Shown here piece by piece: positions 11,650 to 24,200 of a stretch of DNA of 64,000 bases. The notes under the pieces are model-generated. The model was not told where the DNA came from, made no database searches, and saw nothing but the letters and a program-made list of their open reading frames with translations. A program made the translations under genes and the position numbers. The DNA comes from Tubiluchus corallicola. Taxonomy: Eukaryota > Animalia > Priapulida. How positions within the stretch are numbered: position 1 is the first letter of the stretch; every line of letters begins with the position of its first letter. The DNA is taken from the NCBI GenBank assembly GCA_030141605.1, contig JAQGDQ010000006.1, forward strand, positions 434,001 to 498,000. The letters are read 5' to 3'.

Positions 11650-13500
11650 GATTTGTGGAACTCCTTGCATATGAATCGCCTGCTAGGATATCATTATCAT
11701 TTGTATCGATACATTCATTTCCATCTGAAAACTAGAAAAACTACACGGTATGGGGCTAACGGTGTTAATCACAGAATCAAATAAGCCAATTTGTTTTGCA
11801 TGTCCACAAATAAACGTTGTTTACGTGATTACAAATGATGAAATATAACATCTCACTAGAACCACTGAAAGTAAAATTTGATGCAGGATAATAATTACTT
11901 GTTGGTTGCTGCGATAGTACACCCATCAACAGTAGATGCACAAAGTCTCTAAATATCTGACGTTAATAAATAATTCACTGAACCTTTAAAAGCCAGCGAA
12001 AATCTACAAATTTTCTGCTCATTTCATGCACTTCTATACGATCAATAGAGCAACGGTTACCAAGAAGCCCCGGCTGAGCCTTGTTTTATGATCCAATGGC
12101 ATAAACTGCAATGACTCGTGATCCTGGGATATGATATTATTCATTGCAATTAATAAGTACCGACAATGATTCAGGCATTGTGCAAAATACATGCTGCTTT
12201 CGCCGCGTGGCTGTCCGTATGATGTACGAAAATATACGACGATTATGAAAGTAAACGTTGTTATTTTTGCATTACCTACTGCATAGACAAAAGACACCGT
12301 CATTTCAAAATATTAGAGACGTGACAAAGCAAGCTCTGAAGATCAAATAAATAGGTGAAATGTTGGGACTAAAGAAATATTTGTGTAACGAAGAACACGG
12401 TCGAACCGTAACTATTAACAGCCGTTGGAAAAAAGTAACTGGACGCCAAAAAGGCAGTCTTCTGAGAGCTATTCACTGCTAACGGTGGCATGATAAAAGA
12501 ATTACAGAATGTAGCATGTTTTGAAAATGCAAGGTACATATTCCGTGATTTTTATGTTTTAACGATAATATAATTTCTTGTTGGCACACATCGCTACAGT
12601 TTTAATGGTGCATTCTGGCAGTGATGCGCTGAAGCATCCGATAGCAAATGATAGTGAATATTGTAATAAATAGTAAACAGGCTTAATAGAATGAGAACGA
12701 TCCGTGCTATTGATAAGTTTTGAAAATCATTACGTATTACGTAATCCAAAAAATATAAAATGCGAAAAATTGACTCTACTTAGACAAACATGCATGCAAG
12801 GTTTACTATCCTCAGCTGCCAAAGGAAACTGAGGTTATAAACACTCTGAGCCTACAAACTCAACACCCCGCATTGGAGAATGTCTATGTTTGTACGTTTA
12901 TTCACGGAGTACTAAATGGTATTCATTGAAGAAACTTTTACGCCAGAAAAGTATTTAATTAGTCAAGCAAATCTGTACGCCAACCACACATCAGTTATGT
13001 TGGTGATATATTACTAAATGCTCATCAAGCAAACATGTAGGCATACAGACATATCCGTGGAACAAGGCCAATAACAACAATAGTACGGGCATATGGCCTC
13101 TAGGCCTGCAAAATACAATGTCAAATGAAATTGCACATCTATAAAATAGGTCATCACCACCAGTCGAATAGTCGCATATAGTGAAACATTCGGCGCCACA
13201 CACCAGTCAAGTGAATTTGTAAGCGTTTGAAGTACGATATCATGCACCAGTCAAAAGCGAACTTGTTACTAACGTACAAATGTCAAAAAATAATTAAGCG
13301 AAGCCAATTCCTGAAGCAAAATGTCAGTCAACACTCAAACAGGTGGTGAATGCTTTTGAAGTACTCGAATCGTGCAACGTTAATCGAATTTGTAGGCTGT
13401 ACTACAAAGTGAGGCATTAATTTTTAACGAATATGCTCTCTAAGACGAACGAATCAAGCCAACCTGAATAAGCTTGTAACACTTGTATTTATCATGTACA
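11650..13500 (-). mobile_element. Highly decayed piggyBac-like transposase remnant
   Basis: Motif-like remnants occur in the expected order on the minus strand: DLFYRCAIS (cf. IFRATMS), CLLDEHLVIY (cf. TIDEQLVPF), GVQI (cf. YGIKI), SVILLSCH (cf. NVILLSTMH) and VSFVYAV (cf. WPMAVFY). Many stops and frameshifts; ends not located. Confidence 0.4.
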
Positions 13501-16500
13501 ATGAATGCGCATAAACCCATGGAAACATCTGAAACAGCTAATAGCGCTTGAAATTAAAACGTTTTAGCAAACAAATCATTCCTATGAAAAGTTTTGCGAT
13601 ATATGCCAACGACAAAACGGTTAGAGCTTACACGCCCTGCTCATGCGATATTCCTCACAGAAGACAGACAGCCGTAACGCAATCATTCAGGGTTCCTATG
13701 GGATTCATCCTGGATTCCCGAATCTGCGAAACTGCACGCAAAATCTCGATACACGACAGATCAAAAGAGAACTGTAAACGCAAAACATTACTGTCGCAAA
13801 ATCGTGCCTGAGCTAAGGTAAAATTTGACGGAATTTACAGAAATCAAATTTATAAATACGTCGAACGAAGAAATTGTCATATATCAAAAATTTAAAGAGA
13901 CGCATTCTAATTAAAGACTTTCGCGGCCATTACAGCCTGAACGAATTAGCGTTAAAACTGATTTTTCTAAGGCAATGATCACTTTTAATTCCAAAAATTA
14001 CCATAATATGTGCAAAATTGTTAATTTGCAATGATGAAAGGGACAGGCAGGACGTGAGATATATTTCGATGCAGGTGCTGATCGATTTCTAACCACTATT
14101 AAATGCTTACTGCGCAAAAAATGTACCGAAGTTTTGATCACAATATTATAAGCAATTGCTTGAAAATCACCACATACATGTTAAAAGCGATAAGTATAAA
14201 CACAAAAATTTTAGGTCGTTCATTCTCTTAGAAGTTTCCTAAGACATAGAGGTTTTAAAACAACAAGCAAAAAATAAATGCCGGAAAAAAATTCGTGTCA
14301 CTATTGTTAAAATTTCTTCAACGGCTCGCACAGTTTTTTACTACTTTAAGGGGTATTTGTGTGCAGCATTCAACACTTTCTCTTCGGTTGAAATTTCAAC
14401 TCAGGCGGTTGTTTTTCAGTTGGTAATCATAGCTTGCATTGTTCCAACATTTAATTTTTTAAACATCCAAAAGCTTTAAAGCCATAATTTAAAAACTAAT
14501 GTATTGCAATAACACGCTGCGAAATTTCAACTCTATAGGGCACTTGCTATAGAGGAGTATTAAATATGTAATTTAATTTAACTTAGTATAATGCTTAATT
14601 ATTTAGTACACCAGGAAGATGCACGAAATTATTTTAATTTAATACACACTGTTTCAAGCTATGATTATTAATCTTATTTTCATTTGAAAAGATACCTCCT
14701 CATTTCAGCAATTACATCCTACTGATACCTTGAATATTAGTAGCACCAGGGATAATTTACTTTGTCTTCAAGATGGCCTGTAATTGTTAAGTAGCTTCTA
14801 ATCAAAACAAATACGTGATGTCCTGCAAATTTTATCTCAAATCTAATTTTCTTACTGAAAAAAGGTTTCACCGAAATCAATAGTTCACGCAGACTCAACC
14901 TTACAGTAATAAATACATAACTTGGTAAGTTTCTCATTCATTATAGAGCTGTCTAAATATCATACATAGCTGTCTAAATATCAATAAATAACGTTAACCA
15001 GACCGGAAACTGTAAGAAAAAATTGGAGAAGGTAATGTCGTAACAGCACTTTATTACCACTGAACACTACTTATTACACCTTACAAATAACTACATGTAT
15101 GAATTATGGGTTTACAGTACAATTTTCAGTAGTCAGACAAAATAATCTGCGATTGCAGAGGTAAAGATATCACGTCAAACAGCCTGTATCAGATACACTT
15201 GACTGTACAGCAGAATTAAATGCTGTAAGAGCGCTTAATTTTTATGAACTCGTTTCAAATTTTCTTATGTTGAACACATAACAGTTCAGTTAATGTTAGT
15301 TAAGCCTGCTTAACGTACTTATAATCACTCAAATCTTTTATTACACGTATGTACACATCAGTGACGTCACGACCATTGAACTGAGGTCAAACACGTGTAT
15401 GTATTAGAGAGCACAAATAAGTTAAATCTAATAAATACGTGACGTGCACACTTATTAGCCTTCACTACGCAGTAAATTGCAGAATGTTACTCACTTTCAA
15501 AGGACACAGAATTCTTCATGTAATAAAACATGACTTTGTTGCCAACTATTCAAACATTTGTCTGGTTCCTTAGTACCAAAGGTTCAAAGACTAACAAAAT
15601 ACAAATGCTAATACATAGTAGCACACACACATTATTTATACTTGTTTAAAATAAAAAAATAGCTTCTCATTTCAAAGTGACAATTTTCTAGTTTTCCTTT
15701 AAAAGTTGAATGAAAAACAAAGAATAAAGAAAAAATCTAATTTATTAAGTACAAATACTATTCTGGAAACCTTTAAAGTGATTTTTACAAAGGTACTGAT
15801 CTTTACAGCTGCAATCTGCTAATGAAATCTTATGATAATGCAAATTGCTAGAAAAGCGAAGCAATGCTCAACGCATAGACGACACACACTGTAGTATGTT
15901 TATGAGTTTGAAAATTGTTGCCTAATTCGTTATACATATACATATCTAGAAATATATATAAAGCCTGACATCAGGGTTACAAGTTATTTACTTGAGTGTT
16001 CCAATCAGTCCAATAGGTCTGTAATAAAAGTCCCTGCTTATTTACAATCAGCAGTTACAAATGACCAATAAAGCTTGAGGACTGAAGACAACGGCCACCT
16101 CGCATTAATTTTTAAATGCTAATTTTTTACATTGTTTAATTACATTAGACCAAATTTTCAAAGTTTGCATTTGCCCCCATTTCAGGCAATGTAGAAATAA
16201 GAAAGGCTGGTAAGGAACCAGAAAAGTTTAATTCAGAGACAGCACTGCTTCACCAGTAATGGCAGTGCCAGATTGTGTGCAACATACCAGTTTTCATAGT
16301 GAAACTATCTAGAATTTAGCTGCATAGAGTAAAATCATTGCCGAAGTGTTGTTTTCCGGCAATCAACTTTAGAAGAATTTAGTTGTACAAATTGCAAAAG
16401 GCTTGTGCAACAAGGTAAAAAATAAATAACTCAAGGTAGCTAACAAAAATAGCATTCAGCAGAAAACATCGTACCAAAAATGCAAAGAAGATTTTTTGTT

Positions 16501-16859
16501 TCTTCTTACAACTCTTCTTACAAAAATTTAAGAAATCATAATCCTACCCATATTAAAAAAACTAGATTAATATTCACTAGTGTACAAAACTTTGCAGGTA
16601 TACATATGGCTGATTAAAAACAAAAAGTTTAGAGGTTGTTTTTCTGTATCAAAGAAATTTCAATAAACAACATATTCAAACTACTAAAATGGAAAATAAA
16701 AACTTTTGAAATAAAATATTAAATTAAGAAAAAACATGTTTAGAAAGAAGTCACTGTTCAGTTACCACCACTTTACAGCACAAAATTAAAGTTTAATTTC
16801 TGTAAGTCAGATTTCCAAAAGAGATGGTATCGCAAAACAAGTAACCACAAAACACAGCC

Positions 16860-17552
16860 TCACATTTTCTTGGCATCTTCATCTTTCTCTGCAGTTTCGA
16901 TTTCTTTCTTTAATTTTGTCAAGTTAGTTTTTCCAAGCTTCAATCTTTCATTAAGTTCTGTGATTTCTTGTCGTATTTTTGCCTTGGCAGTCACAATGGC
17001 AGCAAGAGTTTTCTCCTCTTTATTGACAAAATCTGTTTCATGTTTCCATGCGCCTAGTGTCAGCTGCCGTGGGCTGCTTAATAACTGCTGCATCATACCA
17101 GTTGGATCCTGAAAAACGAGCTCATCATAAAATTCTGAAACAACAGTTTTATTTGCTATTAACACTGGAGCCAAACCAGGCACACCATGATGCTGGAACA
17201 ATCTCAGAAAATGATATAATGTAACTGGTTTTTCATTTGGATCCATAAAGTATATTTTAATGATAATCTCAAATTCACCCCAACCGGTCTCTGTCACTTC
17301 GTATGGAGGTTTTGTAATTATTCTGTTCTGATTAGCATAACTTTCATGCAGTTTGAAATGGATTTTTTTCACATAAGTAGACAGGTCTTCATTGCAGTAA
17401 GGTTTAACATAGATCGTCCACTGATGGGTATGTCCATCATCATCTCGTTTTTTGCCAAAAGAACGAGCAACGCTGCCAAAAACAATTGGTTTAACGATTT
17501 GCACCCCTTTCGTCCGACTACTGGATTCATTGTTTAGCTCTGCTTTTATCAT
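16860..17552 (-). CDS. YEATS4: YEATS domain-containing protein 4 (GAS41/Yaf9 homolog; NuA4/SRCAP subunit), 230 aa, single coding exon
   Basis: Diagnostic sequence [32 protein letters not shown]...FKLHESY...[21 protein letters not shown], then [15 protein letters not shown] and a C-terminal coiled coil. A splice acceptor (ttttttattatttag) lies 13 nt upstream of the ATG. Confidence 0.97.
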   Translation of the reverse strand: MIKAELNNESSSRTKGVQIVKPIVFGSVARSFGKKRDDDGHTHQWTIYVKPYCNEDLSTYVKKIHFKLHESYANQNRIITKPPYEVTETGWGEFEIIIKIYFMDPNEKPVTLYHFLRLFQHHGVPGLAPVLIANKTVVSEFYDELVFQDPTGMMQQLLSSPRQLTLGAWKHETDFVNKEEKTLAAIVTAKAKIRQEITELNERLKLGKTNLTKLKKEIETAEKDEDAKKM

Positions 17553-17696
17553 TGTAGTAGGATATCTAAATAATAAAAAACGCAGGTTACCAAGAAAAAT
17601 ACAGGAAAAACTCTGCTAAATAAATGACGATTAAAAGAGCACCTTATTGATGACACCTGACTTTGCCAACTAAAATAGCAGATTTTTTAATTTATC

Positions 17697-18543
17697 AGAA
17701 TGCCACAAGCTTCAAATTCATTATTGTTTGATTAGAATGCCACAAGCTTCAAATTCATTATTGTTTGATTAGAATGCCACAAGCTTCAAGTTCATTATTG
17801 TTTGATTAGAATGCCACAAGCTTCAAGTTCATTATTGTTTGATTAGAATGCCACAAGCTTCAAGTTCATTATTGTTTGATTAGAATGCCACAAGCTTCAA
17901 GTTCATTATTGTTTGATTAGAATGCCACAAGCTTCAAGTTCATTATTGTTTGATCAGAATGCCACAAGCTTCAAGTTCATTACTGTTTGATTAGAATGCC
18001 ACAAGCTTCAAGTTCAATATTGTATGATCAGAATGCCACAAGCTTCAAGTTCATTATTGTTTGATTAGAATGCCACAAGCTTCAAGTTCATTATTGTTTG
18101 ATCAGAATGCCACAAGCTTCAAGTTCATTACTGTTTGATTAGAATGCCACAAGCTTCAAGTTCATTGTTGTTTGATCAGAATGCCACAAGCTTCAAGTTC
18201 ATTATTGTTTGATCAGAATGCCACAAGCTTCAAATTCATTATTGTTTGATTAGAATGCCACAAGCTTCAAGTTCATTATTGTTTGATTAGAATGCCACAA
18301 GCTTCAAGTTCATTATTGTTTGATTAGAATGCCACAAGCTTCAAGTTCATTATTGTTTGATCAGAATGCCACAAGCTTCAAGTTCATTACTGTTTGATTA
18401 GAATGCCACATGCTTCAAGTTCATTATTGTTTGATCAGAATGCCTCAAGCTTCAAGTTCATTATTGTTTGATCAGAATGCCACAAGCTTCAAGTTCATTA
18501 TTGTTTGATTAGAATGCCACAAGCGTCAAGTTCATTATTGTTT
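17697..18543. repeat. 37-bp tandem satellite, ~23 copies (AGAATGCCACAAGCTTCAAGTTCATTATTGTTTGAT(T/C))
   Basis: Head-to-tail near-identical units with no spacers, located upstream of the YEATS4 acceptor in the probable 5' UTR intron. Confidence 0.98.
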
Positions 18544-19532
18544 TGTTCCAAATATTTATACCAGTTCAAATTCAAGTTTATTCAAGGTTTGCCTTTACTC
18601 CAAATAGTTACTGAAGACTTTGGAAGTCATGCTCTGAAATTTCATCTAAATTTTTATTGGCGCTATTACACTTTAGTTTCGTACATCTTAGTTTTTAAGC
18701 TAGAGGTTTTCATCAGAGCGTCGATTATATTGAGTTTAGGGTTTTTAAACGCTCTAACCGAAAGATAATGGAAACTCCAACATAAAAACCCTAACCTATA
18801 CATAAATGAAACTCTGACGTAAAAACCCATAGAAAAAACTAAAAGGCACAAGTGTATTCAATTCAATTTAAGGCACAAATACATTCATGGCAAAAACAAT
18901 TTGCAAAAACTGAGTACTACACAGGCCAAACACAAAACTAATAATTTCTGCTTTTTCCTGCAGTTTGCTTTGCTTTGGACACAGAAAACAGCTTCTTGTA
19001 ACTAGTAGTTACCACGTAGTTGCCAATTAGCACACAGAATGGCTTAATTTGTAATTCATGTATAAATTCTTGCTCTAACACTTTTCGTTTTTTAAAGAAC
19101 TGTCTAGTTTGCCTTATATTTTTTAGAAAAGAAAAATGTTAAGTGCTTTATACATTTAATAGAATACCAGCATACCTCATATTCAGATAAATATTTAGTT
19201 TATTTATCTCCTGTAATTATACACAAAAACCCACAATTAATATCAAGTACATAAACAAAAATGCACATAGAGAAAGGGTGGCAAAAATAGCCATGTAGGT
19301 TTTAGCAAATCAGCCTGTATTAACTTAAAGTGAATTGAAGAACATGTAGTGAAAAATTAAGGTAAGGACAAACACACAAACAAATGACTGTCAAACTGAA
19401 AAGATATAACTTAAACCCAAAATCATAACAAACAAACAAATGAAATTATAGTTTTAACTAAGGCATGAAGTATCTCATGCTATAATAACTTATAAAAGGA
19501 CTGGGAACAATCAGCAATCGGATCAGGATTTT

Positions 19533-20155
19533 CTATAGCCATCCATGATGCGCTCCAAAACAATCGAAGCGGCAAAAAGCTGAAACAAATCACATTTTTA
19601 AAGAGTAACAATTCCACTAAGGTAGAGAACTATTCTTAACGCATATCTAGCAACTCACTCAGGGAGTTTACGTTTTTTGCAGATTAAGTTAAAATGATTC
19701 AGTTTAGCACACAGTATAGTGCGAATTTTCAAAAAACTGAATCAAAAGAAATTGCAGGACAAAAGTATTTTGCGAAAGTACCATACCATATGGTCACCTG
19801 CCATACTTACCATGCCAAAATACAGTGAAATTTAATCTTGCAACAAGAATTTCCTCATCTATTGAAGAAGTGGATCTAGTGGAATCACACCTGTTAGACA
19901 ATTTATTAATTTATGTAATTAATTAGAGCAGACGTGGATGTGGAAGATAATTATTAAACATTCATAACAAAATATTGCTTTCCTAAAGTCGCAAAACATC
20001 GTAATCAATCGCAATCGCTATCTTATAGCCCTCAATCTCTGTGCGTTTAAATTTGGCGCACTGACATTTGACAACGCTTTTTGGTAAGTTATTCCACATG
20101 CCCACTACATGAGAGAAGCTTACGTGAAATTCGATATTAAGTTACTCGTCATCAT
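19533..20155 (-). other. Candidate 5' leader exons of YEATS4 or a small spliced ORF (exons ~20155-20124, 19890-19811, 19579-19533)
   Basis: Canonical junctions CAC|gtaagc, ctaacag|G...ATG|gtaagt and tttgtttcag|CT. Phases are compatible and give a 52-codon ORF. Confidence 0.4.
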
Positions 20156-21100
20156 ATTCCCACTACGTCTACTGCAGACAGGTTAGAACTCTAAAATAAA
20201 AGAACTCTGCCCTCAAACAGATAAACACAGCAGTAATAAAACAACATCAAGTTAATGGAGTACTCATCTCGTCTTTGCAAGATACGAAATCTTCGAACTT
20301 AGAATTTATCAAAGACTGCTCTTATCCCAGAATGCCGGTATTGGTCAATGCTGAATGTTCACGGAGCGCGGTTTTTACGTAAGTTTTGGAATGTGAAAGC
20401 ACTTAGAGTCTTACACGTTCTAGTACGAGTTCGTAGATTTCTTGTACTAATTCCACAATCTTGCTTGTTGTTGCTCACCTGACTTTTAAGACGGTCAATA
20501 TCTTTTTTTCATATGTTTGCCTTTCTTATATCTTTTTATGGAACATTTGAATGGTATTGTAGAGGCCAAAACATGAACCCGCAATGATTATAAGAAAATT
20601 AAAGTAATCACAAGAATTAACATAATCAGACCGGTGATGTCCAGGGGAAAGCTGTCTTGCTTTTTGACCATAGTTTTCTCCATTTTGGTACTTAACCAGT
20701 TGTACAAACATAATTTAACTTAGTTTGATCACTAACCATCTGGTGTTCTGCGCTGGATGGTGTATGTTAAAACGATGATTATTTGGAAGCTTGAAGTGTC
20801 CACTCATGTTGGAAGATGGTACTTCTCTGGATGGTCTGCCCACCACTAGTCAGTTTGTCTTTTAAAGTGGCCTGTACTTCTTGCATTCCGAATATGCAAT
20901 TAAAGAATTCCAGCCATTAATTACCAACGAAAGTGAAGCGGTTCCAGTTCTTGCGGCTAGGCTTGGATGCCTATAATTGAAATAAAAGTAAAGTTTAGGA
21001 TTTAATTCAGTATCGTTGTTGAAAATTCAAAATGTGATTAACATATCTCTAAGTTTTTTCTTTGTGAGGTCATAATGAAAACTGCAGTTGCATAAATTGA
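20030..21100 (-). mobile_element. Two decayed CR1-type LINE 3' fragments
   Basis: Minus-strand remnants KKDIDRLKSQ (~20490) and SFSHVVGMWNNLPKSVV (~20080-20120). A second fragment has RDMLITF.IFNN (~21040) and LVINGWNSL (~20910). Confidence 0.6.
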
Positions 21101-21229
21101 TCTTGCAGTTTAAAAATATAAAATTAAAATGTAGATTGTGGTTTAAGTTTCTTGTAAATGCTTATGTTTTTGAAAGCAGATTTTGAAGCTGACGGTGAGT
21201 TAGTATGAGAAAGCAACAGCAACTGAAGC

Positions 21230-24200
21230 ATGTCAAAAGCTAAAGATGCAGAAGGTAAAATTAAAAAAATAATCTAGCATTTACTAAGATTAATTTCAAT
21301 TAAATATGTATAAGTGTTGATCAAAAACAATGGTATGAATTTTTTTGTCTGTAATGGTATAAATGTGCTCTGGCTTATTTGTCCTATATGATAATAAATC
21401 ACATTAATATGGTTGTCTTCTAGCTTCCTTTCTAATTAGCAGTCTAATTCTTTTCATAAAACTTTGCTAACTCTGCAAAAAAAATGTCAGAGATGTGTGA
21501 ATCTGGGATGTCTGCAGACACTAAAATCTGACTAAGATATATTAGCCTTTCTAGTATTTAAGTGCACTTTCTAGTATTCGTGATTTGTTGAAAAGTAATC
21601 TTTGTGACTTTTACCTTATTGTTGAATGTTTATTTTATATCACACTTAGAAGTTTGATCAATGCCACTGTGGCCTAAATTATATGGTTTAATAATTACAT
21701 TCTTAAAAATGTTAAGTTGCCATTTAATAATAACCAGTAATATCATTCTTATCTACTTCAGCTGAAATGGCGCTTCTTCGTTATTTGATTAAAGAGAACA
21801 GACCATACAGCGCTATTGACATTTTCAACAACTTGCACCGAGAATATGGCAAAACGGTATGTATTTTTGTAATTACTTTCAGTTGAAGATTATAACCTTG
21901 ATATGTGTTGTGTTTTTCCGTATCTTGGTGAGGGAATAAGCCCTTTTTACATTTTGTGGTATCAGAAGCAGATTTAAAGATAACTAAGGCACTCAAATGT
22001 GAAAGGATGCATAGCAAAGCTCAATTAATTTTTTTCTTTGAGTAAGTGCACTTATAGTCATTATATGTGAATGTGGAATTACATCCCCCCTCGATTATCA
22101 TAAAAACGTTCGACAGGGATATTTAGTGCCTTCCACACTCCTGCAGTCAATCAGCAAATGCTCAGACAAAACCATATATGTGTGTGTCATTCTGTATCTA
22201 CTCAAAAGATGAAATACTGTTAGTGTTACTTTTAAAGGAAAATTTCAAACAAGTGCGATCATTTCGTTTTGAATACATGATTAGATTATTATAGTAGGGA
22301 CCAGTGTCTTACTAATAATTTGCCTTCACGTTATCCTGTATTATCCCCCAAATTTTCTTCATTACTTTAAAAAAGAAATGAAAATGAATGAAGTATAAGA
22401 GAACATATACGACATGTAGCAGTTAAATTCATTTCTTAATTTCCACCATTGTTGCGTGATATTACGTGTAACTGTTGTTGTGTATTAAAGTACTACTGTA
22501 CTAATTTGCTATTTTGTCACTAATAATGGAACAGTCAATATCTGTGAATATCTAACTGAAGAACGACTATGTGCTTAAATGAAAAACCAACCTTCAAACA
22601 ACATTCATTGTACTTTAATATACACTTAAAAGTCTTTAAAAGAAATTTAAATCACTTATATCCCACCAAATGAACCTTGTTCCGGGCATATTAAAAAAAC
22701 ATGAAGACACATGTAACAAAACTTCTGCAATTCACTGAGAAATTCTGCTTTTCTAGCTGATTAAATCTTTATCTTTAACTGTGTTTGCAACCAGAACAAT
22801 TAAAAACATCTTTACAGTGCTTACGCAGCTTTCATCCGTAGGATTATTATACCTCAAAATGCTTAAACTGTAGATCATCTGAGCATGGAATTTTGCTAGG
22901 CTGCGAGCGAGCATATAGTAGGTGCCGGAGGCAGGTTACATCAGTTTTAGCTTGTTAAAATAATTATTCTGTTAATTTTTTGCGGTTAACTAACCAAGTT
23001 GGAGGTGGTTAAATTATCGTTGCTAACTAGCTTTGATTACATAGTAGGCAAGAAGAATCATTCGTTAGAAAGCAGAAAATAGTATGTATTAATAATCTCT
23101 GGCTTGATTTTTTGGTTTTTGGACAGACTGTAGCTGATAATGGTAACTGCAGCTGCAAAATGTTTGCTCAAACATCTGGCACAATATATTGCATGGTACC
23201 TGGGTGACATACTTTTTCATTCAGAGGGAGCCCGCGTGAGCGTAAAATGCTTGCATCCTTAAATTTTTTTTACTAATGACGCGAGGCGTTTGTCACAATT
23301 TGATTGTTGAAACTTTGTAACATTTTTCTCAAATATTAAAATAAGCTTAACTTCCTGAGAGCCTTGGCTTTTCTTTTAAAGTTAACACTAAATCATTTCA
23401 GGCTGTCATAAGGGCTTTAGAGAACCTAGCACAAGAAGGGAAAATTAAGGAAAAGGTATATGGAAAGCAGAAAGTCTATTTAGCTGATCAGGTACAGTTA
23501 CCTCATTTTAATCGATGGTTTATTTAGTAAATACCTACAATGAGCAAACAGTAAAATCAAATTAAACTAGAGGGCATTTAATAGAAGTGTATACTCACAT
23601 CCTTCCAAGAAGTCATTATGGGCATAAATATGTTGACTTTTTTTACCTTGTAATCTTTTCCTTTTAAACTTCTAAGTCAAAAAGCAATTACTTATACCTG
23701 CACCAGTTTGGTGGTGATACAGCTTCATCTTTATTTGATTATAATGTGCACAGCGCAGACAGACATAAGTGGATAATAAGTATGTTTCGTAACTGTTGTT
23801 GCTTAGAGTCATTTTGTGGATGTTGATGAAACTGAGTTGAAGGAAATGGATGCAGAGATTGCAGAATTAGCTCAAAAACTGAAGTCTACTCAGACAATTG
23901 TTCGAAACCAAGAGGAAGGTATACAGTGCTATATTGTATACATTTGTGCTGGCCTGCCTTGCTTTCCCTTTAACATGAATTATTCTTATTGACAATACAT
24001 AATATGAATTATTCTTATTGACAATACATAATAATGAACATATCTATCAGTAGAAGTCATTAGACATCCTTATAGTTCATGATTTTACAAAAAAAGAGTT
24101 AAAAAGAAGTGTTTCATTTATTAAAAACATGCAAAGCTGAAATCAAAGTGACCAACTCAAGTAGATCTGTTGGAATCGGCATGTATGGAATGGGCTGCAC

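Noticed and set aside
16870-17537. Antisense ORFs over YEATS4 (likewise those over LRRC34, PYCR and RAD21 exons)
   Set aside because: They are short shadow ORFs opposite real coding exons.
17697-18543. 37-bp repeat array as a CRISPR array
   Set aside because: The units are head-to-tail with no unique spacers, there are no cas genes, and the context is eukaryotic.
19803-19815. ATACTTACC as a U1 snRNA 5' end
   Set aside because: It is just the reverse complement of a consensus splice donor, and no U1 body follows.
19525-19890. Alternative frame ISLYFGMLFAASIVLER resembling COX7C (LYFGSAFA)
   Set aside because: It is preceded by in-frame stops and would need a frameshift. The similarity is too short to support.
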